A program made the position numbers and the translations under genes. From the IMG/VR virus record IMGVR_UViG_3300042465_000293, positions 3,241 through 67,240 of that record: 64,000 bases of DNA; one strand, given 5' to 3'. Origin of the DNA: a virus. Position 1 is the first letter of the stretch. Each line of letters opens with the position of its first letter. This document shows, one piece after another, positions 45,901-55,100 of this stretch. The notes below the pieces were generated by a model. It was not told the origin of the DNA. It did no database searches and saw only the letters and a program-made list of their open reading frames with translations.

Positions 45901-48349
45901 CGCTGTTCAAGGTAACCCACAGATCGCCAATATTCTGGAGACCAACAAGGGTAATCCTGCCGCCGCTGCTACTGCACTGGCCAACTTTGGTGTCACGGAT
46001 AACACCATCAAGTCCAACTTGATGAACACCATCGACAATGCCAACTACACCAGCAGTGACGAAGCTGCTACGGCACTGGCTAAGCGTGAGGACTACACAT
46101 ACTCTGATGCAGATGTCAAAGCACTGACAGGTCAAGGCACCGATCTTACGTTGGCAAGTCGTACCGAGGCGTATGTTGACCCACGAGTGTTTGACCTTGC
46201 TGAAGTTAAAGCCGCTGCCGCTGCTGAAGGCTATACGCTCACAGATGAAGAAGCTGCCAAACTGGTTGGTCAGAAAGATGAAGCTGCGGCGGTTACTGCG
46301 GCACGTGCCGAATTTGACCCCAAGGCAACAACCTACGACGAGGCAAAAGGATTCCTGACCTCTCAAGGCTACACACCTACTGCGGATGAAATCAAACAGT
46401 TTGTTGGCAACACTGCGGAAACAAAAGCGCAAACAGACGCAGCGGCCTATGTAAACCCACGTCAGGTTACCGAAACCGAAGCACGCAAGTACCTTACTGA
46501 TCTTGGGTACAAACCTACTGATGCCGAGGTCAAACGATTTGTCGGTCAGGTCAATGAAGCTGATCAAGCCAAAGCTATTAGCGAATATGCCGACCCCCGT
46601 ATGGTCGATGAAGGTGAAGTCAAGGCTGCGTATGCTGCACTGGGATTAAATAAGCCTACCGCTGACGACATTAAGAAACTGATGGGTCAGTACGAGGAGA
46701 CTGGACTTACAGCCAAAGCAACCGACTACTTACCAACGGCTCGATTAAATTCGATCATGTCACAGCTTGACGCGATGGCTGCTGGCGGCGTCAGCCAAGA
46801 AGCGTTGGATGCAATCAATCTGGTTAAGAAAGATTTGGCCAGCCAGATCAAAGACCTCGGCTTCAAGATGGACGAGCAGACTGGTAAGTTGACCGATGCA
46901 CTCACCACGACTGAAACCAATATCTTGACAAAGATTGCCGCCAACGAGAAGGCTGGCATGACTCGGGATGTGGCTACACAAAAAGCGATTGGTGATGTTG
47001 CTACTGAACTTGGCACTACAAAAGATGACATCCTCAAACGAATTGGTACTACCGAGACCAACCTGACCAAGACCATCGACACTCTGAGTAAAGATGTTGG
47101 TGCGTTGAGTACCAAACTTGGCGATGTTGAGACCAACATCCTGACCAAGATGGCCGAGTACGAGAAGGCAGGTATTGGCCGTGATGAGGCTTTATCTAAA
47201 GCGATTGATGCCGTTGCCGCTGACCTTGGCACCACCAAAGCAGACATCCTGACAAAGATTGGCAAGACTGAGGAAACTCTTAAAGCCGATGTTGGTAAAG
47301 TTGAAACAAACCTTGGCACCAAGATTGCCGAGTCTGAAGCAGCCGTTCTTAAAGCGTTGGGTTTGACCGAGACAAAGCTGAGCGAAGAAATCTCAGGGGT
47401 CAAAGAAGACTTGACGACAAAGATTGGTGACGTTGAAACCAATGTGCTGTCGCGCATGGCCGAATACGAGAAGGCTGGTATTGGACGCGATGAAGCCTTG
47501 GGTAAAGCAATCGACGACGTGGCTGCCGATCTTGGCACCACACGCACTGACATCCTTACACAGATTGGTAAGACTGAAGCCAACATCAAAGCTGATCTGG
47601 CCAGCGCCAAGACTGAATTAAAGACGGACATTGGCACCGCCAAGACTGAACTAAAAGGCGACATTGCTACTACCAGAAAAGAAATTCTGGACAGAGCGGC
47701 TGAGTACGAAAAGGCTGGTATTGCACGCGACCAAGCACTTGCACTGGCACAAGCGGACATGGCCAAGACTTTGGGTCAAGATACTCAGAAAGCCACGCAG
47801 TCTGATCTGGATGCAGTGATCAAGATGCTGGAGACTCAAGGTGCATACGACCAGCAGTACGACTACAACGGCGACAAGGTAATTGACCAAAAGGACAAAG
47901 TTGCGATTGAGACCTACCTCAAGTCACAGGAAACAGCTTACAAGCCAGACACCGACGACCCGTTCAAGTACGACCCCGCCGCAGGGTCTAAGTGGGCACG
48001 CACAGGTGTGTTCAAGACTGTGGCAGACGAAGCTGAGGCAACCCGTAAAGCGCAAGCTGACGAAGCCGAGCGCACTCGCCAAGCCCAAGCTGCCGCTGCA
48101 CTCAAGACCCAGCGCATGGGCAATCTCAATACCCTGACCAGCATGCTGGGTCAGGCAGAAGACACCAAAGGCCAGCAAGTTACGGTAAAAGCTGCCGATC
48201 CCGCAAAGATTGGGTACATTTATGACTGGAACAGCATTTTCGCCAATCCATCGCAGGAAAAGTTGTTTGCCTCTCCGTTTGCACAGGGCGGCATGGTGAA
48301 CGGTTCTGAAGATGTAAACGAAGAATTGCTCAAGATATTGAAAGGTTAA
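42971..48349 (+). CDS. Large internal virion / ejection protein
   Basis: 1792 aa, Ala/Gly-rich; amphipathic N-terminus; helical repeats; EF-hand-like DYNGDKVIDQKD. Confidence 0.7.
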   Translation: MGAVADFVGDVIGAVGDAISSVGKAVFKLADFVVDKIIDPVLSTVSNVIEAALDNPLKTIAQVALVATGNAWALPLVEGADVAAKGGDLGDVLKATAKAYVAQEIGSYVGGKATTAVAKATDSAIAGQIFGSGAAAASVAVVTNQDPLKAFISGGVGAATGAVLGKVDEMTGGKFKTLPPTAQAAIQSAITAQITNNPNPTAAIMGSIISASGIVTDAIKSFDPDGTKLDATQRTILTDVLMGTATAALTGGKASNVIQAAMMKAGAKALGDMTTSAFKTATGETTKAYAAADAAAGKVDANIEAQKAAAWEYNNNATQLQERIAEQNRLSDAYNAAVKAFDADPTEENGKAANAAITKYNEYVTALNKDYNETYKPRLDKYGGELDTLKQQHAVLTGDYEKAMQAFGTKTDKLSDALDPIYRTSNRAFVEAMDTNFNADQYRKLNGLGADVDVYDHYLSKGQFEGAPTNNKAAETVIATERTRLITQALESKGVTLATADPAMVSKMLDNIDKNYGNNVSALKAASIQDVINGNITSVNQLVSDQRNGVLRVEVAGSSYGEWQKPSSDRFTLPAGMKLASYAAFDSGRASLVYDNKGAPVWIEADPSTAVATWNPATGNYELPPVTIIGKKPTEQEKIIAMAELGGSAAVNGVVSDAMINAAKTVVGWAQQTGSSTLINTTANVLKAGGGFLESINGISVLFGSAPKDTQLGKFSNALNDLGKASNTAEYQAAVKNMNAMIGDAKGVGGTLKAIYGAFKSAPLQFVAEYVGVEGIQEIAPLLIGGVVASGAKGAAAALKYGQAVAARMGSTAGMTAGIMTDIVESAGGAATGAYNEAYKTAIKVGKSPADADKIAMEIAQRQAFVAAATTAVSMGLGGAALEKALLGRSGTGLGDALQTLGDFAKTGTKIAIKEGTSEAGEEGITQAALEGQLYKLDQTRDVAKEITQAAAFGFIAGGPIAGGAYAASRTGDVISNAVQGNPQIANILETNKGNPAAAATALANFGVTDNTIKSNLMNTIDNANYTSSDEAATALAKREDYTYSDADVKALTGQGTDLTLASRTEAYVDPRVFDLAEVKAAAAAEGYTLTDEEAAKLVGQKDEAAAVTAARAEFDPKATTYDEAKGFLTSQGYTPTADEIKQFVGNTAETKAQTDAAAYVNPRQVTETEARKYLTDLGYKPTDAEVKRFVGQVNEADQAKAISEYADPRMVDEGEVKAAYAALGLNKPTADDIKKLMGQYEETGLTAKATDYLPTARLNSIMSQLDAMAAGGVSQEALDAINLVKKDLASQIKDLGFKMDEQTGKLTDALTTTETNILTKIAANEKAGMTRDVATQKAIGDVATELGTTKDDILKRIGTTETNLTKTIDTLSKDVGALSTKLGDVETNILTKMAEYEKAGIGRDEALSKAIDAVAADLGTTKADILTKIGKTEETLKADVGKVETNLGTKIAESEAAVLKALGLTETKLSEEISGVKEDLTTKIGDVETNVLSRMAEYEKAGIGRDEALGKAIDDVAADLGTTRTDILTQIGKTEANIKADLASAKTELKTDIGTAKTELKGDIATTRKEILDRAAEYEKAGIARDQALALAQADMAKTLGQDTQKATQSDLDAVIKMLETQGAYDQQYDYNGDKVIDQKDKVAIETYLKSQETAYKPDTDDPFKYDPAAGSKWARTGVFKTVADEAEATRKAQADEAERTRQAQAAAALKTQRMGNLNTLTSMLGQAEDTKGQQVTVKAADPAKIGYIYDWNSIFANPSQEKLFASPFAQGGMVNGSEDVNEELLKILKG

Positions 48350-48351
48350 TC

Positions 48352-49293
48352 ATGGCAGACGATACTGATTTCAACTCGTATTACGGAGATGACTCCGACG
48401 ACTTCTACGCCACTGGTAATAACACCATACGTGACGCATACACCACGGAAGATTATGACTGGACGCAGTTTGATACTGCCACGGAAAACTATCTCAAGGA
48501 AAACTACCCTGAGTTGGCAAAAGACGCTTCTCTGTTTGATCAGGTAGGTGGAGCATTTCGGAAGTTGGGCACCTCGGCGTTTAACAACCTTAAAAATGCG
48601 TTCACTGATCCTAAGACTGGGGGCACAAACTGGCGTAACGTAGCTGCTGCCGCAGGTGGTTTGTATGGTTTGTATCAAAGCCAACAAGCTCCTGAGAAGA
48701 CTGGCTACCAAGGCGGCATCCCCAAGTACGAAGCGGTGCGTGAAAAGGTGGCCAACACCTATGACCCTAACCGCCGTCCGGGTAGCTCGGCGCAAGAGTA
48801 TTTCACCAAAACTCGTTTTGTTGCACCAGAAGGTGCCGAGGCTGCTCGTACTACTGCCAAGGAAGAAGCCGCAGGTCTGGAAGCCATAAACAAATCCAAC
48901 CCCGCACGCCAAACCCGTCCTGTCTTGCAGGCTGGCGCAGAGAAGAAGGAAGAAAAGAAAGAGGAAGTCAAACCCGCTTCGTCTGTTATCAAAGACTTGC
49001 CGGTGCCGAAATACGCATCCGGTGGTATTGCAGAGATGGCGCGAGGCCGATATTTAAGTGGCGCAACAGACGGTATGGCTGATAAAATTCCAGCACGAAT
49101 TGGTGGAAAACAGGAAGCTAAATTAAGTCATGGTGAGTTTGTTATCCCCGCAGATGTTGTTGGTCACCTCGGTAATGGAAATTCCGAAGCAGGTGCACAG
49201 CGCCTGTATGCAATGATGGACAGAATTCGTAAAGCTCGCACCGGCACGACCAAGCAGGGCAAGCAAATTAACCCCGATAAATTTTTAGCGTAA
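48352..49293 (+). CDS. Internal virion protein
   Basis: DGMADKIPA...LSHGEFVIPADVV..LGNGNSEAGA..LY.MM..IR. Confidence 0.7.
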   Translation: MADDTDFNSYYGDDSDDFYATGNNTIRDAYTTEDYDWTQFDTATENYLKENYPELAKDASLFDQVGGAFRKLGTSAFNNLKNAFTDPKTGGTNWRNVAAAAGGLYGLYQSQQAPEKTGYQGGIPKYEAVREKVANTYDPNRRPGSSAQEYFTKTRFVAPEGAEAARTTAKEEAAGLEAINKSNPARQTRPVLQAGAEKKEEKKEEVKPASSVIKDLPVPKYASGGIAEMARGRYLSGATDGMADKIPARIGGKQEAKLSHGEFVIPADVVGHLGNGNSEAGAQRLYAMMDRIRKARTGTTKQGKQINPDKFLA

Positions 49294-49305
49294 GCGAGGT
49301 AAGAC

Positions 49306-50229
49306 ATGGCAACAGCAGCATCTTCTGGAACTACCGGGGCTAAAACGACCACGGCTACCGCCGATACCGGAGTCGGGCAACAGACGGGCACCGAATCCTC
49401 GCTTTCCAACTGGGCGGGGCCATATGTCACGGACATGCTGGGTCGCGGTCAAGCACTGGCCAACCAAGACTACCAAGCCTACGGAGGCCCGCTGACCGCT
49501 GGGGAGTCTGATCTTCAAAAAACGGCGTTCCAAGGAATTGCTGGGCTGACTATTCCTACGGAACAGATGGGTGCATTTACCCCTCAAAAGTTCAGTGCAC
49601 AGGCCGCACAAGACTACATGAATCCATACTTGACTGCGGCACTTGACCCGCAGATCGAGGAAGCCAAACGCCAAGCGCAGATTCAAAACTTGGCCAATCG
49701 CGCTTCAGCAACCAAAGCTGGCGCGTTCGGTGGTGGTCGCGGTGCTTTGATGGAGTCTGAGAATCAGCGGAACATGTTGCAAAACCTCGCTGGCATTACC
49801 GGCAAGGGCTACTCGGATGCCTATTCGCAGGCAATGAATCAATTTAACGTCGAACAAGGCCGTGGACAAACAGCGCAAGACGCCGCCAACACCTACGGTC
49901 TGGCCGCACTTCAGAAACAAGGCGAAGCTGGCCAAGTCCAACGTGACATTGAGCAACAAGGCATCACTGCGGATGTCAAAGAATTTGAAACCCAACGTGA
50001 GTTCCCGTACAAACAGGTGCAGTACCAGCAGTCTTTGCTTCAAGGTTTGCCCCTTGCTGCGCAAACTTACTCATACTCACAACCCAGTGCGCTGTCGAAC
50101 ATTCTCAGTCAGGGTGGTGGCCTTATGGACTTGTACGACCGTATCTTTGGTACGGCTCCTGCCGCTCCTGCCGCTCCTGCCGCTCCTGCCGCTCCTGCGG
50201 CCCCCGCTGCTCCTGTAGTCCCCGGTTAA
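49306..50229 (+). CDS. DNA ejection / pilot protein
   Basis: YMNPY, AGAFGGGR, Gln-rich; C-terminal (PAA)n. Confidence 0.7.
   Translation: MATAASSGTTGAKTTTATADTGVGQQTGTESSLSNWAGPYVTDMLGRGQALANQDYQAYGGPLTAGESDLQKTAFQGIAGLTIPTEQMGAFTPQKFSAQAAQDYMNPYLTAALDPQIEEAKRQAQIQNLANRASATKAGAFGGGRGALMESENQRNMLQNLAGITGKGYSDAYSQAMNQFNVEQGRGQTAQDAANTYGLAALQKQGEAGQVQRDIEQQGITADVKEFETQREFPYKQVQYQQSLLQGLPLAAQTYSYSQPSALSNILSQGGGLMDLYDRIFGTAPAAPAAPAAPAAPAAPAAPVVPG
50155..50214 (+). repeat. In-frame 9-bp tandem repeat (gctcctgcc) encoding APA
   Basis: Four exact units plus degenerate ones. Confidence 0.9.
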
Positions 50230-50238
50230 GGAAAAAAT

Positions 50239-52146
50239 ATGCAGATGCCAAACGCTTCACCTCAAGGTATTGCAGGACTCATGCAACAACGTCCGCAAGC
50301 ACCCCAGATGCCCACTCCCGGAAAAGCCAGCCCCATGGCTGGACTGGGAAGTGTGGAAGACCGTGTTAACGCATACAAGGGCGACACCAAGCCGTTGGAA
50401 AAACGCTATGCAATGACGCAAGACTTGCTTGATCTGCTGGCACTTCAAAAGATCAAATCAGACAAAGATGCCGCCGCTCGTGACATGCAGTTAAAGATGG
50501 CTCAGCAAAGCGCCGAAAGCGGCCAAGCCAACATGACTGTGGCACAGCAACGCGAGCAAGAGGTTGCCGAGTTGACTAAGAACGAGCTTGCCCAACAGCG
50601 CGGTGACACTGCACAACAGCAGACCCAGCAACAGCAAGACAAGATGAAGCAAATGATGGGCGGTATTGCCGCCGCTCCCGGTGCCGCTATGGCTGCACAA
50701 CCCAAGGCTATGGCCGCTGGTGGCATCGTTGGATACGCTGATGGTGGGGCAGTTGGTTACGCTGGTGGGGGTGAAATCCTTGACCAAGCTCGTGAGCGCC
50801 GTAAAGCCGCCCAGCAAAAAGTGTATTCCTATGGCTTACGCCAACGGCAACAAGACCCCGAAGGTTACCAAGCCGCGCAAGCTGAGTTGCAGGCCGCGCA
50901 AGCCGCGCTACAAGCCGCCGAAAAAAGCTACGCCGCTGAGATGTCTGCCGCAGGTATAGACAAACCCATCTCTGCCGCATCACCTATGGGTGCCGTTGGT
51001 CGGTTTGAAAAGGCACAAGCCCCTGCCGCCGCCCCCGTGTCCGAAGCGCAGGCAACTGCCGCTGCTGGCCCTCAAGCTGCCGTACCGCCTGCTGACAAGT
51101 TACCGCCTGCAAACGTAGTTGCTGCTGCGCAAGGTGCACCTAAGCCTCCTGCTCCACCTGCTCCACCCAAGCCTCCTGCACCCCCCGGTATTGCGGGTTT
51201 ACCCGGAGCCGCTGGTGCTCCCCCACAAGTACAGCCCGGCGTTGTTGGCCCTGCCAATGACTTTGGTACAAAACTGCAAGCCGCTGCGCTCAAGAACGCA
51301 GAGATTGATCCTGTCGCTCGTCAGCTTTCTGAAGAAAAGCGTGTTGAAGCACGTACGGCACTTACACCAGAACAACGTGGTGTGTATCAAGAAGGCATCG
51401 GCGGTCTCCAGAAGTTCTACGATGAACAGTACGACCCTGAACGCTTACGTAGAGAAGGTATTAAACGCTCTTTGATTGGTGCGGGTGGTCGTCGCTACGG
51501 TGAGTTTGCTGCTGGCGCAGAAGCTGGCATGGGCTACGACGATAGGATGCGTGCTGCCAAGCTCAAAGAGTTTGGAGACATCCAAGGTGCCAAGACAGGA
51601 CTGATTGGTATTGATCGCGCAAACGTCAAGGGCGCTATTGACGCAGGTTCAAAAACATACGAGCAGTCCAGCATGAGCCAACGTCAGGGTCTGGAGTCTG
51701 GCCGTGGTTTGTACGGTGAGGATGTCAAGTCCCGTGACACCAAGTACAGCGTTGATGTGGGTTCCCGTGATAAAGCACTTGACCGTGAGATTGAAAGACT
51801 TAAAGTCAAAGCGCAGCAGGATGCAACTGCCGCATCACGTGAGAGCTTGTCATACGACAAGGCTCGTACGGTCTACTCGGCCACGCTTGGTAAAGTTCAA
51901 GAACTTGAGCGCCGCCTTGACGACGACTTTACATCTCGTAACGGCATGTTGCTCATGGCAGAGCAGTCAGGCAAAATGGATGCTGCGCAGAAAAACCAAT
52001 TGGAAACTGCAAGGATTCAACACCAACAAGCGAAAGCAAAAATCCGTAAGGAATTGGAGCCGGTGCTTGAATCAGCGCGTCAGAAACTTGGTGTGTCATC
52101 GACTGATGGGTTCGGCGATATGAAAAAAGTAGAATCCAAAAAATAA
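50239..52146 (+). CDS. Internal virion / ejection protein
   Basis: Gln/Ala/Pro-rich coiled coil; tandem xAxGG motifs. Confidence 0.7.
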   Translation: MQMPNASPQGIAGLMQQRPQAPQMPTPGKASPMAGLGSVEDRVNAYKGDTKPLEKRYAMTQDLLDLLALQKIKSDKDAAARDMQLKMAQQSAESGQANMTVAQQREQEVAELTKNELAQQRGDTAQQQTQQQQDKMKQMMGGIAAAPGAAMAAQPKAMAAGGIVGYADGGAVGYAGGGEILDQARERRKAAQQKVYSYGLRQRQQDPEGYQAAQAELQAAQAALQAAEKSYAAEMSAAGIDKPISAASPMGAVGRFEKAQAPAAAPVSEAQATAAAGPQAAVPPADKLPPANVVAAAQGAPKPPAPPAPPKPPAPPGIAGLPGAAGAPPQVQPGVVGPANDFGTKLQAAALKNAEIDPVARQLSEEKRVEARTALTPEQRGVYQEGIGGLQKFYDEQYDPERLRREGIKRSLIGAGGRRYGEFAAGAEAGMGYDDRMRAAKLKEFGDIQGAKTGLIGIDRANVKGAIDAGSKTYEQSSMSQRQGLESGRGLYGEDVKSRDTKYSVDVGSRDKALDREIERLKVKAQQDATAASRESLSYDKARTVYSATLGKVQELERRLDDDFTSRNGMLLMAEQSGKMDAAQKNQLETARIQHQQAKAKIRKELEPVLESARQKLGVSSTDGFGDMKKVESKK

Positions 52147-52155
52147 GGAGTAAGC

Positions 52156-55100
52156 ATGCCGCTGTACCAGATCACCGGCCCTGACGGTAATCTCTATGAG
52201 ATCGAAGGGCCAGAAGGTGCAACTCGTCAGCAGGTGATTGCTGCTGTTCAAAAGCGTATGTCCTCCCAAGAGGACACGAATCTTGAGTCGCGTCTGCAAC
52301 AGCTACGCGCCGAGCGTGAGGAATTGCTCAAGCCAAAACCTACTGTTGGTGGAAGCATTAAAGAGTTTGGCAAGGGGTTGGTTCCCGGTGCAATTAACTT
52401 GCTTGAGACAGCAGGTACTGGTATCAGCGCGTTGTTGCCCGACGATACTGAGAAGGCCGCACGTGAGAAAATTAAAGAGCTTGCTGGTATTGCCAAGAAG
52501 CCTTTTGAAGCTGGCGCTGGGTATGAAGATTCAGTAATGCGCAAGTTAGGTGAGGGCTTAGGCTCTACCCTGCCGTTCTTTGCCGCTGGCCCACTTGGTT
52601 TGGCTGGCCGTGTTGCCGCTGGTGGTCTTGGCGTTGCCGCTGGCGCTGGTGAAGCACGTGAGTCTGCCGAAGCCAAAGGTGCTACGGGTGAAGAACGACG
52701 TTTGGCTACACAACTTGGTGCACCTACTGGTTTGCTTGACTTACTGGCACCGCAGATTAAACCATTTAAGAGTATTGTAGGTACTGCATTTGCACGTGGT
52801 GGCGTTGAGGGTGCAACCGAAGCGGCACAGAAAGTTGCCCAGAACTTAATTGCCAAGGGCGTCTACGACCCCCAGCAGGAAATTCTTGTCGGGTCTGGCG
52901 AAGAAGGCGCGTATGGCGCTGGAGTCGGTGCACTGGCCAGCTTGATCATTGACATGACCATTGGCCGTAAGGCTCGTCGCGCATCGTTGGGGCTTGATAA
53001 AGAAGCGCCCGAGGAAAAAACTCCTGATGCTTTACGGTTGACGGGGGAAGCTCCGTTTACCCCTGTGGGTTTACCTGACGGCTCAGTAGCAATGACCCGT
53101 GAGGACTTGGCCGCATACGAAGAATCAAAGTTTAAAGACAAGTACGCCCCACAAGATGCGGCACCGCGCTTGCGTGAAAAAGACACCGTAGGAACTCAGG
53201 GTGAGTTGTATCCAAGTGAGCGAGATAGCGCCCTCATTCAACTATCTCAGATAGAAGGGCCACAGCGCCAAGCCCCCGCAGACTTTGAGTTGGAGATGCA
53301 AGAGGCACCCCGTGGAGTACAGCAAGAACTTGACTTGCAACCACGGATTGAACGAGATACCCAAACACGTGACATGATTGACGATCTGGAGGAAACCCAA
53401 CAGATTGAAGAACTGTACGCAAAAGATGAGCGCGAAGCTGCCAAGATCAGAGCGGAAAAAGAACGTCTGAAGTTTGAGTCTGACCTTGCCGAATTGACTG
53501 GTAGGGTAGAGCGCAAACAGGAAAAAACAAGCGCGGATAACCGCCTTCAAATCCTACTGCCGATTGTTGAAGCTAAAGCCAACAACATCCGCAAAGTATT
53601 TGTGCAAGCTCTCAAGCGTGAAGGGTTCACCAATCCTAACCTGACCGAGCGAGAACAAAAACTCATTAACCGTGCCTACGACATTCGTTTGGCTGAAGAA
53701 CCTGCGGTTGAAGCTGAGCCGGTAATAGAAGCCTCCGAGGAGCAAAAGAAAGAACTGCGATCCATCGAGTCGCTCATTCCTGAGAAGAAGTCACAGCGTG
53801 AACCTGAACAGATGGGTTTCCCGGGCATGGGTAAGCCGAAGGGTGCCGCACCCCAAGCCTTCTCTGAGGAGGAGCTTGCATCCCAAGAAAAACCATTTGC
53901 TACGGTGCTGACACCCGAGGTATTGGCCAAGGCTGGCCTACCAAAACAATCTGGTTTCTACAAGCAGTTGCTCAACTTAGACATGGCTGATGCCGTTCAA
54001 CAGCCTACGGTTGCTCACATCTTCGGGCGTATTCGTGAGAATCCCAACTTATCCACATCTACTAAAGATGCGGTTGAGAACTTAGCAATGCAAGCGTTTG
54101 GGGGTCTGGCCAAACAAGGTGACATGTTTGTACCCGCTAAGCCAATTAAGGCTGCCAAGGAGGGCAAGAAAGATGCGACTGCAACAAAACCCGCAGCCGG
54201 AAAACCCGCTGAACGAGGACGTGATAAGGACGCAGGAGATGTCGCTGGAGGAACTGGAACTCGCACTGAAGATCGCAAACCAAGCGGTGCAAAGGACGAG
54301 CGCACTGGAGCCCCTGCTGATACCAAGCGAACTGAAACACCTAAGCCCACTGGACTGGGAGATCGTGGGAAACCTACTGGTGACACTGGAGTGCGAAAAG
54401 GCGTGGAGCCTACTACACTAAAGAAGGCCAAGCCAGAAGCCAAGCCAGAAGCCAAGCCAGAAGCTAAACCCGAAGTTAGGGGTAAACCCGAAGCCAAAAC
54501 TGATAAGCCTCAACCCAACGCAAGTCTTGGTGCATACGGCCAAGTAATGGAAGCTGAGAGCCGGTCTGATGCGCTCGACTATTTGGCCTATGACATGTAT
54601 GTGGCCATGTTTGAGAAGCACAAACTGCTGACTCGCATCAACAAGCTCAACGACATTACTGCACAGTTGCGCAACGGCATTCCCGTTGACGATATTGCTT
54701 TTGGTCGTGAAGGTACAACCTCTATCGTCCCGTTGAGTGGCGGCAAGTATGCCAAAGCGTTCTACGAATCCCTGTCGGCGGCTGACAAGCGGGCGTTAGC
54801 CAAGAAGATGTCAGACTACTTTAATAAGTCTGAAGCAGAGGTGCGTCGAGGCTCTACCCAATTCAATGTCCAACAAGAGTTGTCTCGTGCTACCAAAGAG
54901 CAGATGGACGGTGAGCAACTTGAACTCTCTCGTGATGCAGTAGTGTTGGCACTGCCTTTGCACCCTGCCATCCGTAAGGCGCTGAAAGCTGGTGATCTGC
55001 GTGGAGCCCTGACTATGTTGGGCTCGCAGAACCTTGGCCGTGCATCCGAAGTCGCCAAGAAATTGGCTGGCGCGATGGGCAAAACCAAAGTTGAATTAGA

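Noticed and set aside
45629-47766. Long antisense ORFs (312 and 346 aa) and similar ones opposite other large genes
   Set aside because: Shadow frames caused by codon bias and repeats in the sense genes.
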